From: Alphaproteobacteria bacterium | Lineage (GTDB): Bacteria > Pseudomonadota > Alphaproteobacteria > Bin95 | NCBI GenBank assembly: GCA_963665325.3 | Contig: CAXXWS020000003.1 | Coordinates: forward strand, 736,001 to 800,000 | Direction: 5' to 3' | Length of the DNA stretch: 64,000 bases | Shown: piece after piece, positions 62,559-64,000 of the stretch | Layout: every line of letters starts with the position of its first letter | Position numbering within the stretch: the first letter of the stretch is position 1 | The notes under the pieces: generated by a model | The model's database searches: none | What the model was told of the DNA's origin: nothing | What the model saw: the letters and a program-made list of their open reading frames with translations, nothing else | Program-made: the position numbers and the translations under genes

Positions 62559-63323
62559 ATGCCCGAATCCGCACCGGGTTTCGACGAGATGCCGCTCCAC
62601 AACATGCCCGCGGCGCCGGCCCCGGATCGTGGTCCGGGGCAGGTGTCGATCCGGCAGGCCGCGAGCCGCCGCCGTCTCCGGGCACGCTTCCTGCGCGCCG
62701 GGCGCGAGGCGGTCGACGACCGCGATCTGCTTGAGCTGCTGCTCTCCGGGCGCCCGTCGGTGGACGACGCCGGCGCACTTGCCGCAAGCCTGCTGGACCT
62801 GTTCGGCACGGCGCCGCGCGCGCTCGCCGCCCGACCGGACCGGCTGCGCAGCGTGCCCGGCCTGCCGGAAGACGCCATCGCCGTCCTCAAGGCGGCCGAG
62901 GCGCTCGGCATCCGCATGGCGCGGGCGGACGTGCCCGAGACCGTGCGCCCGTCCTTCGGCAGCTACGACAAGGTGATCGAGTATTGCCGCACGCTCGCCG
63001 GACACCGCGAGGTCGAGGAATTCCACGTTTTGTATCTCAACCGGAAGAATGTGCTCATCGCCGACGAGTGCCACCAGAAAGGCTCCGTCTGCCACAGGCC
63101 GGTCTATCCCCGGGAGATCTGCGTGCGCGCGCTGGAGCTTCAGGCCAGCGCGATCGTGGCGGTCCACGATCATCCGAGCGGTTCACCCGATCCGTCCCGC
63201 GCCGACATCGACATGACGAACCGCATCCGGGACGCGCTGAAGACCATCGAGGTCACGCTGCTCGACCATGTGATCGTAACCCCGAGCGGCTCGGTCAGCT
63301 TCCAGGCGCTTGGCCTGCTCTGA
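62559..63323 (+). CDS. radC: RadC family JAB-domain protein
   Basis: D.DLLELLL, EEFHVLYLN, VYPREI, VHDHPSG.P.PSRAD, LLDHVIV. Confidence 0.93.
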   Translation: MPESAPGFDEMPLHNMPAAPAPDRGPGQVSIRQAASRRRLRARFLRAGREAVDDRDLLELLLSGRPSVDDAGALAASLLDLFGTAPRALAARPDRLRSVPGLPEDAIAVLKAAEALGIRMARADVPETVRPSFGSYDKVIEYCRTLAGHREVEEFHVLYLNRKNVLIADECHQKGSVCHRPVYPREICVRALELQASAIVAVHDHPSGSPDPSRADIDMTNRIRDALKTIEVTLLDHVIVTPSGSVSFQALGLL

Positions 63324-63370
63324 CCCGCCAGAGCGACCGCCTCCCACTCTTTCCCGCAAGGAACCCGACC

Positions 63371-63787
63371 ATGCCCGAACCCGGCAACGCCGCCGCATTC
63401 GATCCCGTCATCTTCGCCTACACCCGCGCCCAGGCGATCGAGGACGGCATCCTCGTCGACGTCTCCGAAACCGCGCGCGAAGCCGGTTTCAACATCCCCG
63501 TCGCGGTCACTCGCACCGTCTGGGATCGCATTATCGCCCTTCCCGAGGGCTACCGCGGTTTCCAGGACGAGGCCGGCCGGCTCTGGGACGTGCTCTGGAT
63601 GGCGCGCCACTACGCGCTCCGCGCCTCCGACAGCGACCGCGTGAGAATGTCCGTGCTGGTGCGCGACGTCCGCAAGGACCTCCGCGACAGCCACCGGCCG
63701 CCCCGCAAGCACTTCCCCATCGTGGCGATCGGCGCCGGCGATTCCGGCGAGGCCGCAATCACCATCATGTTTCCCGAGGACGACTGA
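63371..63787 (+). CDS. DUF6573-like protein
   Basis: IFAYTRAQAIEDGILVDV...AGF..PVA.T..VW...QDE.GRLWDVLWM...ITIMFPED. Confidence 0.8.
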   Translation: MPEPGNAAAFDPVIFAYTRAQAIEDGILVDVSETAREAGFNIPVAVTRTVWDRIIALPEGYRGFQDEAGRLWDVLWMARHYALRASDSDRVRMSVLVRDVRKDLRDSHRPPRKHFPIVAIGAGDSGEAAITIMFPEDD

Positions 63788-63789
63788 GC

Positions 63790-64000
63790 ATGCGGATCCT
63801 CAGCCCCGAGCAGCAGCTCGAAATCGCCCGCCGCGTCCACGAGACCTTCGACCGCCCGAAGCGATGGCATCAGGGAGGGTGGGGCCGCGACGACGACGGC
63901 GACGTGATCGAGTTCGACGGCGGCTTCCACGTCGTCGACAACGACGAGGTCCGCCACCGTCCCGCCTTCCGCCTCGCCACGCCCGAGAGCCCCCGCTGCT
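63790..64000 (+). CDS. hypothetical protein, partial (runs off the right edge)
   Basis: ATG 3 nt after the previous stop; MRILSPEQQLEIARRVHETFDRPKRWHQGGW... open to the end. Confidence 0.55.
   Translation, partial: MRILSPEQQLEIARRVHETFDRPKRWHQGGWGRDDDGDVIEFDGGFHVVDNDEVRHRPAFRLATPESPRC

Larger units (their letters stand above)
33459..64000. mobile_element. ICE-like genomic island starting at the tRNA-fMet 3' end (other boundary outside the window)
   Basis: Abrupt switch to accessory genes (DUF932, defence-like cargo, ParB, RadC, DUF3150/VWA, DUF6573) with AT-richer patches. No integrase or second att copy is seen in the window. Confidence 0.75.

Overview
High-GC alphaproteobacterial chromosome segment (Rhodospirillales-like by gene content and rRNA operon layout; not classified computationally). 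1-27.8 kb holds metabolic and housekeeping genes: acyl-CoA synthetase, VapBC, SDR/GST, aldo-keto reductase, hydrolases, the CCA-NUDIX-DUF1285 / MoxR-DUF58-DUF4159 cluster, MmgE/PrpD and an M23 peptidase. It also has a small decayed islet at about 10.9-13.4 kb and several dispersed non-coding repeats. 27.9-33.5 kb is a complete rRNA operon (16S, tRNA-Ile, tRNA-Ala, 23S with a helix-45 intervening sequence, 5S, tRNA-fMet). From the tRNA-fMet 3' end to the window end lies an ICE-like genomic island. Its defence-like cargo includes a Swt1-HEPN/SNF2 helicase coupled to a sacsin-like GHKL ATPase-HNH, and a HEPN-like + PD-(D/E)XK pair. Its leading-region-type backbone includes DUF932, HU, PAPS-reductase-like, MoxR/DUF3150/VWA, ParB, RadC and DUF6573. 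A 4.4-kb four-gene TG...CA transposon carrying a RepA-like helicase and an origin-like repeat splits a GHKL gene in the backbone. The best candidates for novelty are the HEPN-SNF2/GHKL-HNH operon, the helicase-carrying transposon, and a two-copy ~500-bp promoter-led element with 10-bp-phased CATGAC boxes. All family assignments are by motif recognition by eye; no searches were run.
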